DNA from: Thermostichus sp. DRC_bins_24
Lineage (GTDB): Bacteria; Cyanobacteriota; Cyanobacteriia; Thermostichales; Thermostichaceae
NCBI GenBank assembly: GCA_039794845.1
Contig: JAUQVK010000067.1
Location: 1 to 64,000, forward strand
DNA: 64,000 nt
Direction of reading: 5' to 3'
Shown here: positions 45,200 to 57,621 of the stretch, one piece after another
Layout: each line of letters begins with the position of its first letter
How positions within the stretch are numbered: the stretch's first letter is position 1
Made by a program: the position numbers and the translations under genes
The notes under the pieces: model-generated
Databases searched by the model: none
Told to the model about the DNA's origin: nothing
What the model saw: only the letters and a program-made list of their open reading frames with translations

Positions 45200-46056
45200 G
45201 CGGGTAGACCGCAGGTCGTTCCTAGCCCCGCCCTGTACCCGCAGGGTCAGGGTCGGGATGAGAGCCGCGTGAGCCGAAGGAGAACAATAGCCTAGGCATC
45301 ACAAAGGGATTTCTGCTTTCAATATGAAGAAACAGATTCCTGCACTAAAAGCAGAGCATGAATGGCTGAAAGAGTGCTATTCCCAATGCTTACAGCAATC
45401 GGTACTGAATCTGTCTCAGGCATTTCAAAACTTTTTTGAGGGCAGGGCAAAGTATCCCAATTTCAAATCAAAGCACCATCGCCAGTCTGTTCAGTTCCCC
45501 CAAAATGTCAAAGTGATTTCTGAATCTGCAATCAAGTTTCCTGGCTTGCTGGGAACGATTGCAGCCAAGATTCACAGACCAATTGAAGGACAACTAAAAA
45601 CAGTTACAGTGTCGAAGATGCCAGACGGAAAATACTTTGCATCGCTGCTGGTAGATGTAGGCTGGGGGCAGTTCTGCACCATGCTCAAATACAAAGCAGA
45701 GTTTGAAGGCAAGGTGTATCTAGAGATTGGGCGATTCTTCCCAAGCTCTCATCCTTGCTCAAACACACTGCTACCGCTAGAAAAGATGGATTTATCGATT
45801 CGCTCGTTTGTCTGCCCTCATTGCTCAGAACGGCATGACAGGGATGTCAATGCAGCAATCAATATCAGAAATGAAGGCTTGCGGATATCGGTGAGCCAGG
45901 GTCTGGCTCACTTGGCCTCAGGAAGTGGGGCTTCTGCTCTAGGACGCGACGTTAAGACCCAAGGGAGGAAGGCGCAAGTCTACCCTCTCCGAGGCAGTCG
46001 CGGTTGATTAGAGAAGCCCGCGCGCTTTCGCTTGCGAGGAGCGTCGGGTACTTCAC
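45200..46056 (+). mobile_element. non-autonomous, internally deleted IS200/IS605-family element
   Basis: Left-end hairpins near 45200-45260, tnpB remnant, right end gaagcccg...cgggtacttcac ending in TCAC; left boundary uncertain (45193 or 45200). Confidence 0.75.
45324..46007 (+). pseudogene. tnpB: TnpB remnant with in-frame deletion of RuvC-I/II
   Basis: SQCLQQSVLNL..YPNFKSK, KYFASLLVD fused directly to VGWGQFCTMLKYKA, FPSS..C, CPHC..HDRDVNAAINI; GIDLG and VEDL/VENL motifs absent. Confidence 0.88.
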
Positions 46057-46799
46057 CCGAAGCGGTAACCGAAGCCGCGCACCGTTACCAAATACTCGGG
46101 GCTACTGGGATCCAGCTCCAATTTCTCCCGCAACCAGCGAATATGCACATCCACGGTTTTGCTGTCGCCCATAAAGTCGGATCCCCAAATGCGCTCGAGC
46201 AACTGCTCACGGGTCCAAACGCGGCGTGGGTTACCCATGAACAACTCCAGCAGGCGAAACTCCTTAGGGGAAAAATTCACCTCAATGCCCCGCACCAGCA
46301 CCCGGCATTCTTGGGTAAACATACACAGATCCCCATACCGCAACACCGTGGCATCGCCCACCTGAGAGTGCTGCTGCCGACGCAACACCGAACGACAGCG
46401 GGCGATCAACTCCCGCATCCCAAAGGGCTTGGTTAGGTAGTCATCTGCGCCCAGCTCCAGGCCCACCACCCGGTCGGTTTCGCTGCTTTTGGCCGTCAAC
46501 ATCAGAATTGGGATGGTGTTGCCTTCCCGTCGCAACAGCCGACAGAGATCCAGCCCGTTCAAGCTAGGCAACATCAAATCCAAGATCACCAGGTCCAGCC
46601 GCTCGGCGGTGTGCACCAGTTCGAGGGCTTGGCGGCCATCGTTGGCCTGCAAAACCCGATAGCCCTGCTCTTCTAGGGCAAGAGCGATCGTTTCCCGAAT
46701 AGTGTCCTCATCATCCACTACCAACAGAGTCTCCGACAGGGGAGAGACTTCCCTAACCTGGGGAAGTGGATTGGTCAATGTTGGAAGGGTTGCTTGCAT
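46053..46799 (-). CDS. sphR: OmpR-family response regulator, SphR/PhoB-like
   Basis: LDLMLP, GADDYLTKPF, DSKTVDVHIRWLREKLE, VTVRGFGYRFG C-terminus. Confidence 0.8.
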   Translation of the reverse strand: MQATLPTLTNPLPQVREVSPLSETLLVVDDEDTIRETIALALEEQGYRVLQANDGRQALELVHTAERLDLVILDLMLPSLNGLDLCRLLRREGNTIPILMLTAKSSETDRVVGLELGADDYLTKPFGMRELIARCRSVLRRQQHSQVGDATVLRYGDLCMFTQECRVLVRGIEVNFSPKEFRLLELFMGNPRRVWTREQLLERIWGSDFMGDSKTVDVHIRWLREKLELDPSSPEYLVTVRGFGYRFG

Positions 46800-47081
46800 G
46801 ATTCAGCCTCAGAGGGAAAGAAGGGCAAGTGCCACCACCTTCAACAGCAGCCCCTCGATAGGATATCAAACTTCTGCGATGAGCAATTAGGGCAGCAGCA
46901 GCAGGAAAGCAGAGGGAAGCTCTTCCGAGGTCCTCGGACGGTGGATGTGGCCACAAGGATTCCGAGTCCCGCTGGGAAGCTGTGGCATCAGCAGTGCTTT
47001 TTAGGATGATTTAAGATCGGCTCGGCTCCGTCTTTCGGGTGCGCTGTTGCTGCTGAGTTCTATTTTGATGGGAACCTGCCC

Positions 47082-47990
47082 ATGTCTGCTTCTCCTCTTG
47101 CACCGTCCTTTTGGGCTACCGGCGGAGCGATTCTGCGGCTGTTGCGCTGGCACAAACCCGCGGGACGGTTGATTTTGATGATTCCGGCCTTGTGGGGGGC
47201 TTTTCTGGCCGGACGAGGGATCCCACCCTGGCCGTTGGTGGGGATTATCGTTCTGGGTACTTTGGCCACCAGTGGCGCAGGGTGCGTGATCAACGACCTG
47301 TGGGATCGCAATTTGGATCCCTTGGTGGAGCGCACCCGCAACCGGCCTTTGGCCAGCCGGGAATTGACCGTGGGTGTAGCGATCCTGATGCTGCTGGTGA
47401 GTTTGGCCTGTGCGGCAGGGTTGGCGCTTTTTCTGAACCCCGTTAGTTTTGGTTTGTGTGTGGCGGCAGTGCCGGTGATTTTGCTCTATCCGGGGGCGAA
47501 GCGGGTCTTTCCGGTGCCGCAGTTGGTATTGGCGCTGGCCTGGGGCTTTGCGGTGTTGATCAGCTGGACGGCGGTGAGCGGCCAGGATGCAAATACACCC
47601 CTGTGGGAGGGCGGTTTGGTCTGGCTGTGGCTGGCCACGGTTCTGTGGACGCTGGGGTTTGATACGGTCTACGCCCTCTCGGATCGGGAGGATGACGAAC
47701 GGGCCGGGATCCACTCCAGTGCGAGATTTTTCGGGCGGTGGGCGCCGACGGCAGTGGGGTTGTTTTTTCTGGGCACCGCAATCGCCCTGTTGGGAGTGGG
47801 GGTGAGCTTGCAGCTGCAGGGAGTTTACTTCGCCAGTTGGGTGATTGCCACCTTCATCTGGGGCCGACAAACCTGGCAGCTGCATCAGGTGGATGCTCCC
47901 CCGACGTTGTACCCCACCATCTTCGGTCAGAATGTGGTGCAAGGATTTATTTTGCTGGCGGGTATGATCGGCGGATCCCTGTTGGCCTGA
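47082..47990 (+). CDS. ubiA: 4-hydroxybenzoate solanesyltransferase (UbiA family)
   Basis: LRWHKPAG, NDLWDRNLD..VERT..RPL, FDTVYALSDREDD. Confidence 0.92.
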   Translation: MSASPLAPSFWATGGAILRLLRWHKPAGRLILMIPALWGAFLAGRGIPPWPLVGIIVLGTLATSGAGCVINDLWDRNLDPLVERTRNRPLASRELTVGVAILMLLVSLACAAGLALFLNPVSFGLCVAAVPVILLYPGAKRVFPVPQLVLALAWGFAVLISWTAVSGQDANTPLWEGGLVWLWLATVLWTLGFDTVYALSDREDDERAGIHSSARFFGRWAPTAVGLFFLGTAIALLGVGVSLQLQGVYFASWVIATFIWGRQTWQLHQVDAPPTLYPTIFGQNVVQGFILLAGMIGGSLLA

Positions 47991-48163
47991 GGGTCCGCTG
48001 GATTTTGGGGCAGGTGGTGTAGCCGAGAAGGGATCCCGGCCTGGTTTCAAGCCGACGACTCTTTGGGCCTTGATGCCGGAATTAACCCATTGCCAGGAGC
48101 CCACTATACAATTACTCACAATTACTCAAATCAATTACTGTGCCTTGAGGGCTTGGGCTCCTG

Positions 48164-49644
48164 ATGGCTTCCTTGAGCGGTGGCGCGCCTCCCTACGACA
48201 TCCTCATCCTCTCAAACGGCCCCGGAGAGCTGACCACCTGGGTACGTCCGGTTGTGATGGAATTGCGCCAGCAACTGCCTCAAGCGCGCCTTTCGCTGGT
48301 GCTCTCCCCCTGTCCCCACGCATCGGGGCAGGAAGTGAAGATGGCCCAAGAGTTCATCAAGATTGATCGGGTGCAGGATCCCGATTTTTTTCTGGCTTTT
48401 TTGCTTACCGGCCAAACGGAAGAAGCCTGGGATTGGGCCGAACGGGGGGTGGTGTTGTTTCTGGGGGGAGATCAGTTTTTTGCCGTCTGCATCGCCCAGC
48501 GCCTGCGCTACCGCCTGGTGGTGTACGCCGAGCATCGGCCCCGTTGGCAACCCTGGGTACATGCCTTTGCCCTACGAACTGAGGACAGCAAGCGACGTTA
48601 CGACGGCGGATGGCTGTTGGGCCACCGTTGGGCCGGCAAAATGCACGTTGTCGGGGATTTGATGGCGGATGGTGTGGCCAGTGCCACCTATTTGCCGGGG
48701 GTATCGGTTTCCGGCTGGCCCAGCGGTGGCTCTTTCTCCGCGGAGCCCCCTACCGTTGCCTCAAAACCAACGGCGGGGTTCTCCTCGCTGACGCAGATTT
48801 CTGCCCTGATCAAAGATGTGCCTTTCGAGGGCACTGTTCCGGAGCAGGAACCCCATCGCTCTGTCGAAAAAGCATTGCTGCCACGCGGCTGGCAACGCCT
48901 GAGCGATGGGAGCCGCACCCACTATCAGGTGGGATTACTGCCGGGATCCAAGCCCGCCAAGCTCTCGTTGGGGGTGCCGCTGGTTCTGGCGGTGGCCGAT
49001 GAGTTGCGCCAACACCTGCCCAACATCCGCTTTGTGATTCCGGTGGCCCCCGGCCAAACCCCGCAATCTCTGGCGGGCTATGCCCATCCCAAGTTCAATC
49101 CCGATATGGCCCTGATCTATGGCACCTCTGGAACTTTGGAACAAACCAATCTGGGGGCGCAGTTCGTCACGCCCTTTGGCAGCACCGTACAACTGTGGAC
49201 GACGTTCCCCGCCTATTCGGTGTTGGCCAACTGCGATCTCTGTCTGACGACAGTTGGCGCCAATACTGCGGAATTGGCCCGGCTGGGGGTGCCGATGGTG
49301 GTGGTGATCCCCACCAATAAACTCGAGGCGATGCGCGCTTGGGATGGGATCCTCGGCCTGTTGGTCAATTGGCCCGGCATTGGCGCCTGGTTGGCCCGTC
49401 GCATTAATCGTGTGGCCTTGCGCTGGTTGAGCCACTTGGCTTGGCCGAATATCTGGGCAGGACGGGAGGTGGTTCCGGAGTTGCGGGGCCATTTGCGGCC
49501 GGTGGAGGTAGCAGAGGCGATGCGGGTTTTGTTGGAGGATCCGCAGCGGCGACGGCAAATGCAGATGGAGTTGCAACAGTTGGGGGGAAGGCCGGGGGCA
49601 GCGCAAGCGCTTGTGCAGTTGGTGGCTCAGCAGTTGAGCAAAGG

Positions 49645-49648
<4 letters not shown>
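48164..49648 (+). CDS. lipid-A-disaccharide synthase-related glycosyltransferase
   Basis: ILSNGPGE, LGGDQ, VGDLMAD, LLPGSK, GANTAEL, AWPN. Confidence 0.75.
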
Positions 49649-51437
<1,789 letters not shown>

Positions 51438-51458
51438 GGCACTGACGTAAAGATGAAT

Positions 51459-51500
51459 GAGTTCAGGATCTTGGGCTGGGCCTGGGATCCTGAACTCTTT
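51459..51500 (+). terminator. hairpin terminator between convergent ahcY and argG
   Basis: gagttcaggatc...gatcctgaactc stem followed by ttt. Confidence 0.65.
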
Positions 51501-51509
51501 GGGGATCCC

Positions 51510-52712
51510 TTAGCGCCGCTGAGCTTGTGACCACACGCGGGTGGGCAGGCCCCAAATGTAGATAAAGCCCTCGGCAGCTTTGTGGTCGAATTGATCCCCT
51601 TCGCCGTAGGTGGCCAGCTCCGCATTGTAGAGCGACTGGCTGGATTGGCGCCCGACGCACACCGCTTGTCCTTTGTGGAGACGCATGCGAACCACTCCCG
51701 TGACGGTTTTTTGGGTGGCCCGGACAAACGCATCCAAAGCATCCCGTAGGGGCGAGTACCAAAGGCCGTTGTACACCAGTTGGCTGTAGGTGGTCTCGAT
51801 GCCGTACTTGTAGTGGGTGACATCGCGGGTGAGGGTGAGGCTTTCCAGCTCGCGGTGGGCCTGAATCAGCACCAACAGGGCAGGGCACTCGTAGATCTCG
51901 CGGGATTTGATCCCCACCAAGCGGTTTTCCACCATGTCGATGCGACCGACCCCATTTGCCCCTGCCAAGAAGTTCAGCCGCTCGAAAAGCATCTTCGGCT
52001 CCAGCCGCTCGCCATCTAGGCCCACGGGGATCCCTTGCTCGAACTCAATCTCTACATAGGTCGGCTCATCTGGCGTATCCTGCACCGGCTTGGTAAGGGC
52101 ATATACCTCTTCGGGGGGCTCGGTATTGGCATCTTCTAGGATCCCGGCTTCGGCACTGCGGCCCAAAATGTTCAGGTCAATGCTGTAGGGGCTGGATTTT
52201 TTCACCGGCGAAGGGATCCCGAAGCGCTCCCCATAGGCAATGGTTTCCTCTCGTGTCATGCCCCACTCGCGGGCCGGGGCCAGCACCTTCAGGCTGGGGT
52301 TGAGGGCGGTAATGGCCAAATCGAAGCGCACCTGGTCGTTGCCTTTGCCGGTGCAGCCATGGGCCACCGCATCCGCCCCCACTTCTTCGGCCACCTGCAC
52401 CAACAGTTTGGCGATCAGAGGTCGAGCCAGCGAGGTGGAGAGGGGATAGCGATTTTCGTAGAGGGCATTGGCTTGAATGGCAGGGAAAGCGTAGTCGGTG
52501 ATCAATTCCCGAATGGCATCGCGCACCAGAGACTGTTCGGCGCCTGCGGTCAGGGCTTTGGCTTGAATGGCGTCCAGTTCTGCCCCTTGCCCCAGATCCA
52601 CCGCCAGGGTCACCACCGATTCCACCCCCCATTCGTGAATGAGATAGGGGATACAGACCGAGGTATCCACCCCACCCGAATAGGCCAACACCACCTTCTT
52701 CGCCCGTCCCAT
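51510..52712 (-). CDS. argG: argininosuccinate synthase
   Basis: [34 protein letters not shown]. Confidence 0.97.
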   Translation of the reverse strand: MGRAKKVVLAYSGGVDTSVCIPYLIHEWGVESVVTLAVDLGQGAELDAIQAKALTAGAEQSLVRDAIRELITDYAFPAIQANALYENRYPLSTSLARPLIAKLLVQVAEEVGADAVAHGCTGKGNDQVRFDLAITALNPSLKVLAPAREWGMTREETIAYGERFGIPSPVKKSSPYSIDLNILGRSAEAGILEDANTEPPEEVYALTKPVQDTPDEPTYVEIEFEQGIPVGLDGERLEPKMLFERLNFLAGANGVGRIDMVENRLVGIKSREIYECPALLVLIQAHRELESLTLTRDVTHYKYGIETTYSQLVYNGLWYSPLRDALDAFVRATQKTVTGVVRMRLHKGQAVCVGRQSSQSLYNAELATYGEGDQFDHKAAEGFIYIWGLPTRVWSQAQRR

Positions 52713-52937
52713 GCTGCCGCGGATCCCCAGTTAAAAAGTTGCTAGCTCATTATGCCCTGCGGGATCGGTCTTGGCTCACTACGCAACTTTATCCAGCGGC
52801 AATCCGGCCAAAGGAAGAGAGCTAAAAGGGACACACGCGCCCTTTCGTCAGCTATTCTCAAAGGGATTTCTCTGGCCAATGTCAAAAAGGCATCCGGCGG
52901 GGGAAATCCCTGGGGTGTGAGGAAAACTGAGGTGAGC

Positions 52938-54914
52938 ATGGCTGGCAAGAAGACCACGCCGGGACGGCTGGGGCGCAAACGAAGTCCGGTTCTGGTTTGG
53001 GCGGGGCTGCTGTCGTTGCTGAGCTTTGTGGGAGGAATGGGGCTGGCGGGGATGTCTCGTCAGGAGGTTGGCTCTTCATCTTCCGGATCCCCAAGTCAGT
53101 CGGGTTCGGCAGGGCCCGAGTCCCCTCGCTTTACCGCTCACGGTTGGCCGCTGTTGGATCCGAAGCCACAGCCGGATCAGGTGTGGGAATGTGAATTGGT
53201 GGTGGTGGGGGGATCCCTGGGGGGGGTGGCGGCAGCCAGTCAGGCGATGCGGGCTGGGGTGCAAACCTGTTTGATCGAGTTAACCCCTTGGTTGGGGGGG
53301 CAGATCACCTCGCAGGGGGTATCGGCTATTGATGAATCCCTGCCGATGCGCCAACGGGGCAATTTTTCCAGCCATTGGATACAGTTCAAAGCCCTCTTGG
53401 AAAGCCAGCCTGTGACGTTGCCCGCTTGGACAGGGATCCCGGTGGGGACGCGCGTGGCGGATATCAACAGTTGCTGGGTGGGGGGCTTGTGTTTTCCGCC
53501 TGCTGCTGGGGTCAAGGCGGTGGAAACTTGGCTAGAACAAGCGGCCCAAAATGCCCCCAACAGTCGCTGGGTTACCCAGACTGCCTTTAAGGGGGCAACC
53601 TTCAGCCCGGATGGATCCCGAATTGAGAGCATTTACGCGGTGCAACGGCAACCCCGGGATCCGAACTTTGTGCCACCCGGTCGGCTGTGGCGGGAATTGG
53701 CCAGTTGGTACAGCTGGGGGGAAACAGAGGTTTTTGCCAAGCGCTCGCTGCGCCTACAAGCTCCGCCCGGACGAGAATTGTTTGTCATCGATGCCACGGA
53801 TACCGGGGAACTGGTGGGTTGGGCCGGGATCCCCTATCGGGTGGGTTCTGAAAGTCGTGAATTGCTGGGTGAACCCAATGGGGCCCCAGATACCAACCCA
53901 GAGTGCACACAAGCCTTTACTTTTCCCTTTGTGATGGCCATTCACGACGATGGCGGGCGCTCAAAAGCCGAGTTGGCACAGCTGCAACCGGGCTATTCCC
54001 GCGCCGAGCACCGACGGGAGTTTGACATGGAAGGGTTTCCCACCTTCAGTGGCCAGAGCTTTTTTAACTACCGCCGCATCGTCAGCAAGGGGCGCACGGA
54101 TCCCTTTTACGGCACCCCCGTTCCTGGGGATTTGACGATGGTGAACTGGAACCGCGGCAACGACTGGGGCATCATGAACCCACCCCTGATTTTGACGGAA
54201 GAACGCCTGCAGGAATCTGGCCAACGGCACAACTGGTTGGGGGGGCTGGATGTCTCGGCGATCAAAGATGGGGAGAATCACGCCCTGTTGTTTGCCGAGT
54301 GGCTGATGGAAACTCAGCAGCGATCTGGCTATCCTTTGTCGTTGCTGTTTGGGGAAGAGTCGTTGATGGGCACTCGTTCTGGCCTTAGCCTTTATCCCTA
54401 TATTCGGGAAGGGCGGCGCATTCTTGGTCGAGCAGCCTACGGTCAGTCGGAATTCATGATGCTAGAGCAGGATATTCGCAAAGGACTAGGTCCTGCTAAC
54501 GCAACTGGCACCACAGGTGGGCGGGATTTCACCCCGACAGTGGTGGGGGTGACCCACTATGCCATCGATATCCACGGCTGTCGTTATCGCAACTGGGAGC
54601 CCTCTTTGTCCGCCAGTTCTGCCCCGATCAACGAGTTTTCCGTCCATCCGATTCGTATCCCTCTAGAGGCTCTGATCCCCCAACGGCTGGATAATGTGCT
54701 GATTGGTGGCAAGGGAATTGCAGTGAGTCACATCGTCAATGCCGCCACCCGGGTTCATTACGGCGAATGGACCATTGGCTCGGCGGCAGGGTTGACGGTT
54801 GCTTGGTTGCGCACTCAGGATCCCAGCTTGACTCCGGCTCAGATCGTACCGCAGGGGAAAATCACGGATTTGCAGGGCTACCTTGTTTCCCGCGGACAAC
54901 GGCTGCAATGGTAG
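52938..54914 (+). CDS. exported FAD-dependent oxidoreductase (FAD_oxidored type)
   Basis: N-terminal TM, VVGGSLGGVAAA, WLGGQITSQGVSAIDE, IDATDTG, PYIREGRR. Confidence 0.8.
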   Translation: MAGKKTTPGRLGRKRSPVLVWAGLLSLLSFVGGMGLAGMSRQEVGSSSSGSPSQSGSAGPESPRFTAHGWPLLDPKPQPDQVWECELVVVGGSLGGVAAASQAMRAGVQTCLIELTPWLGGQITSQGVSAIDESLPMRQRGNFSSHWIQFKALLESQPVTLPAWTGIPVGTRVADINSCWVGGLCFPPAAGVKAVETWLEQAAQNAPNSRWVTQTAFKGATFSPDGSRIESIYAVQRQPRDPNFVPPGRLWRELASWYSWGETEVFAKRSLRLQAPPGRELFVIDATDTGELVGWAGIPYRVGSESRELLGEPNGAPDTNPECTQAFTFPFVMAIHDDGGRSKAELAQLQPGYSRAEHRREFDMEGFPTFSGQSFFNYRRIVSKGRTDPFYGTPVPGDLTMVNWNRGNDWGIMNPPLILTEERLQESGQRHNWLGGLDVSAIKDGENHALLFAEWLMETQQRSGYPLSLLFGEESLMGTRSGLSLYPYIREGRRILGRAAYGQSEFMMLEQDIRKGLGPANATGTTGGRDFTPTVVGVTHYAIDIHGCRYRNWEPSLSASSAPINEFSVHPIRIPLEALIPQRLDNVLIGGKGIAVSHIVNAATRVHYGEWTIGSAAGLTVAWLRTQDPSLTPAQIVPQGKITDLQGYLVSRGQRLQW

Positions 54915-56495
54915 TCAGTTTTGTCGTGACCAAGATTGCAAGGCCCGCAATTGAGGCGTTTTCTTCAGTTGGTGCGCCTCCATCCGCGTCAGAACATCAT
55001 CCAAAATCGTGATGGCCTCGGCGATGAATGGCCCTTTATTGAGCATGACGCACTCAGCCCGTTCTGCCATGGCCGCATCCGTCATCTCTCCCCGCGAGGG
55101 GGCGCCTTTTTTCACCAAACTTTCCAACACTTGCGTGGCCCAAATCACCGGCACATGGGCCGCTTCGCACAGCCACAGAATTTCTTCTTGAATTTCCGCT
55201 AGGCGTTGATAGCCTATTTCCACTGCCAAATCTCCCCTAGCAATCATCACCCCAAACGACTGTTTGCCAGCGGCATGAACAATCAGTTCGGGTAAGTTTT
55301 TCACCGCTACCGCCGTTTCAATTTTGGCCACCAGGGCCGGACTAGAGTGACCGACGGGAACGCGGCGTGCCAATTCTTCTTGTAAGCGATCAATATCCGC
55401 AGGCCGTTGTACAAAGGAGTAGCCAATCATGTCCGCATGCGCCACGACAAAATCCAAATCCGACAAATCTTTTTCGGTGAGAGGGCTCAGGGGCAAGATC
55501 GTATTGGGAAAATTTAACCCCTTTTCGGGCCGCAGTCGGATCCCTTTGGGGCTGGCGTGGGTGACTTGCAGCAGCAACCCCAACGAGCCATCGGGCATGG
55601 GGTATTGTGTATCTACGACACGGGTACGAATTTTGCCGTCATCGATGTAAACAGGGGTCTCCACTGTCAACAAATCGAGAATCTCGGGTACTGTGCAGCA
55701 GGTCTGAAAATGCTGGGGAGCAGAGTCTGCAGAGTCCAGGGATTGCTCATCAAGTTTGCCCTGTTCTGCGTTTGGCGAACAACGGGACAGGAGAATAAAA
55801 TCTCCGCGAAACACTCGCTTTTTGCCCATGGGGGCCAGTACAGGGCCCGTGCGGATTTTAGGCCCAGCCAAATCCATCAACACTTTGCAGTTCACCCCCA
55901 ATTCTTGGGCCGCACGACGGGTATGGTCGATCATCTGCTGCCAAAGGGCTGGGGTATCGTGGGCACAGTTAATGCGCACACAGTTGGCCCCGCGTCGCAG
56001 CATTTCTTTCACCAAGGCCTCATCAAAGGCAGCCTCGGTGGGCAAGGTTACCAGGATCCTGACCCGGCGATGAGGCAAAGGGGGGCCGAACAGGTCTTCG
56101 GTGTGGCGATGTAGAAGGCGTTGTCCTTCAAAGAGGGCGGCCAGCGGTGGGTGATGGGGCGGGCCCTCTTGTCCACAGATGTGCTTGAGGGTGGCGATCA
56201 CGGCATCGAGATTGGGGAGCACCCGTGCTTCAATACGACCCAGTGAGGACAATCCCCAGGGGATCAGTGCGGTTTGCAACTCCCGCAGATCATGGCGGCG
56301 CAGGGCCAAGTATTGGGCCAAATTGAGGGCACTGAAGAGGAAGTCTGGCCGTTGAATGAAGGGTTTCCACCGGTGGAAGGTGGCTTGTCCTTCGCGGGTT
56401 ACCGACTGTCGTAGGGTTTGCAGAGCAAAGAGCAGGACTTCTGGACGAGAGAGGTCATGGCTTTCGGCTATGGACTCCCAAGTGGGATGGCTCAT
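54915..56495 (-). CDS. pyk: pyruvate kinase (form with N-terminal extension)
   Basis: RINCAH, MDLAGPKIRTG, AKIET, MIARGDL, ATQVLES, ECVMLNKG. Confidence 0.88.
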   Translation of the reverse strand: MSHPTWESIAESHDLSRPEVLLFALQTLRQSVTREGQATFHRWKPFIQRPDFLFSALNLAQYLALRRHDLRELQTALIPWGLSSLGRIEARVLPNLDAVIATLKHICGQEGPPHHPPLAALFEGQRLLHRHTEDLFGPPLPHRRVRILVTLPTEAAFDEALVKEMLRRGANCVRINCAHDTPALWQQMIDHTRRAAQELGVNCKVLMDLAGPKIRTGPVLAPMGKKRVFRGDFILLSRCSPNAEQGKLDEQSLDSADSAPQHFQTCCTVPEILDLLTVETPVYIDDGKIRTRVVDTQYPMPDGSLGLLLQVTHASPKGIRLRPEKGLNFPNTILPLSPLTEKDLSDLDFVVAHADMIGYSFVQRPADIDRLQEELARRVPVGHSSPALVAKIETAVAVKNLPELIVHAAGKQSFGVMIARGDLAVEIGYQRLAEIQEEILWLCEAAHVPVIWATQVLESLVKKGAPSRGEMTDAAMAERAECVMLNKGPFIAEAITILDDVLTRMEAHQLKKTPQLRALQSWSRQN

Positions 56496-56528
56496 GGTTT
56501 AGGACTTGAGTTCAGCAGCTTTCACCTT

Positions 56529-56683
56529 CACAGCCCTTGAGTGGGTTTCCTACAGCTTGGTATGTGCTTCTGTCTCCCACTCACAAAAGGGTTTCAACCT
56601 ACACTGGGGTATGTGACTAGCGGTGCCCTATGGGCCGCCCCATGGGTGAACGCACCAGCGGGCCCTAGGTGTAAAGGGCTGTA
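56529..56683 (+). mobile_element. MITE-like element, copy 3 (diverged)
   Basis: CACAGCCCTT...AAGGGCTGTA termini; gtgactagcggtgccctatggg and gaacgcac.agcg shared with copy 1. Confidence 0.7.
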
Positions 56684-56836
56684 GGCAGTCGCCAAGGCGA
56701 AAAAACTGGGTTGGACCCTGCTTTTATGATTTTCTCCTCATGCCGGAGATAACCGGCCACCACACCCGACCGATGCTAATTTCATCCCGATGTTACTGTT
56801 CATGGATGGCAGGTGAATTTCACGTTAGGCCAGATA

Positions 56837-57445
56837 ATGCAGATGCAGCTCGCCTCGAAGGCCAAGGTCTTTTCTCTCCTTGCGCACAGGGGGCAGTGCC
56901 GTCCCAACGCCAGTCATGAGCCCATGGCGGTTCATCTATCGGAAGTCGCAAGCTATGTCACAGATGAATCCGGCGATGAGGTTGCGATAGCTTGCGCGTG
57001 GTTGCATGACGTAGTCGAAGACACGAGCGTAACTCTCACGGAGATTGGGGAACGCTTCGGACAGCGACTCTCGGGGTTCGTGGAAATGCTGACAGACCCC
57101 CCAGACTGGGCCACGAAGGACTTAGCGGAAAGAAAGGAGCGGCAGGCGTTACGGATCGCTACTGCACCCAACCTGGTGAAGCTTGTCAAGCTGGCTGATC
57201 AGATATCAAACATTCGTTCTGTCATCTTCGATCCTCCGCTCGAATGGGGTCAGGACGAATGCATCACCTATGTGAGGGGGGCATCTTTGGTCGGTCGTGC
57301 GTGCGCTGGCGTTTCCCAGAGGCTAGACACTCTGCTGGAGCACTACGTCTGCCTTGCTCGGCAGCCTAACTCAGCAATGGGCAAGGGATCCCTAAGCACC
57401 GAAGATAACCGGTCACTGCACCTGATCTCCAGGGAGAACCCATAA
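56837..57445 (+). CDS. HD-domain small alarmone hydrolase-like protein (Mesh1/SpoT-HD)
   Basis: AHRGQ.R..EP..H..EVA, LHDVVEDT, LTD, VKLAD.ISN. Confidence 0.85.
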   Translation: MQMQLASKAKVFSLLAHRGQCRPNASHEPMAVHLSEVASYVTDESGDEVAIACAWLHDVVEDTSVTLTEIGERFGQRLSGFVEMLTDPPDWATKDLAERKERQALRIATAPNLVKLVKLADQISNIRSVIFDPPLEWGQDECITYVRGASLVGRACAGVSQRLDTLLEHYVCLARQPNSAMGKGSLSTEDNRSLHLISRENP

Positions 57446-57621
57446 ACAACTCAGTAAACCCTCGAGAGGTACCTCACCACTTACAGAGCTTGCTGCCCTG
57501 CCATACCTTTAGCGGCAGAGAACTTTTCTGGGATTTTCACGTCTAGAGATGGCGTTTGAGGGATCCTTTCTGGTGGATAGTAGGGGTAAGGATTCCATAC
57601 GCAGAACTTGAGGTGTGGACG

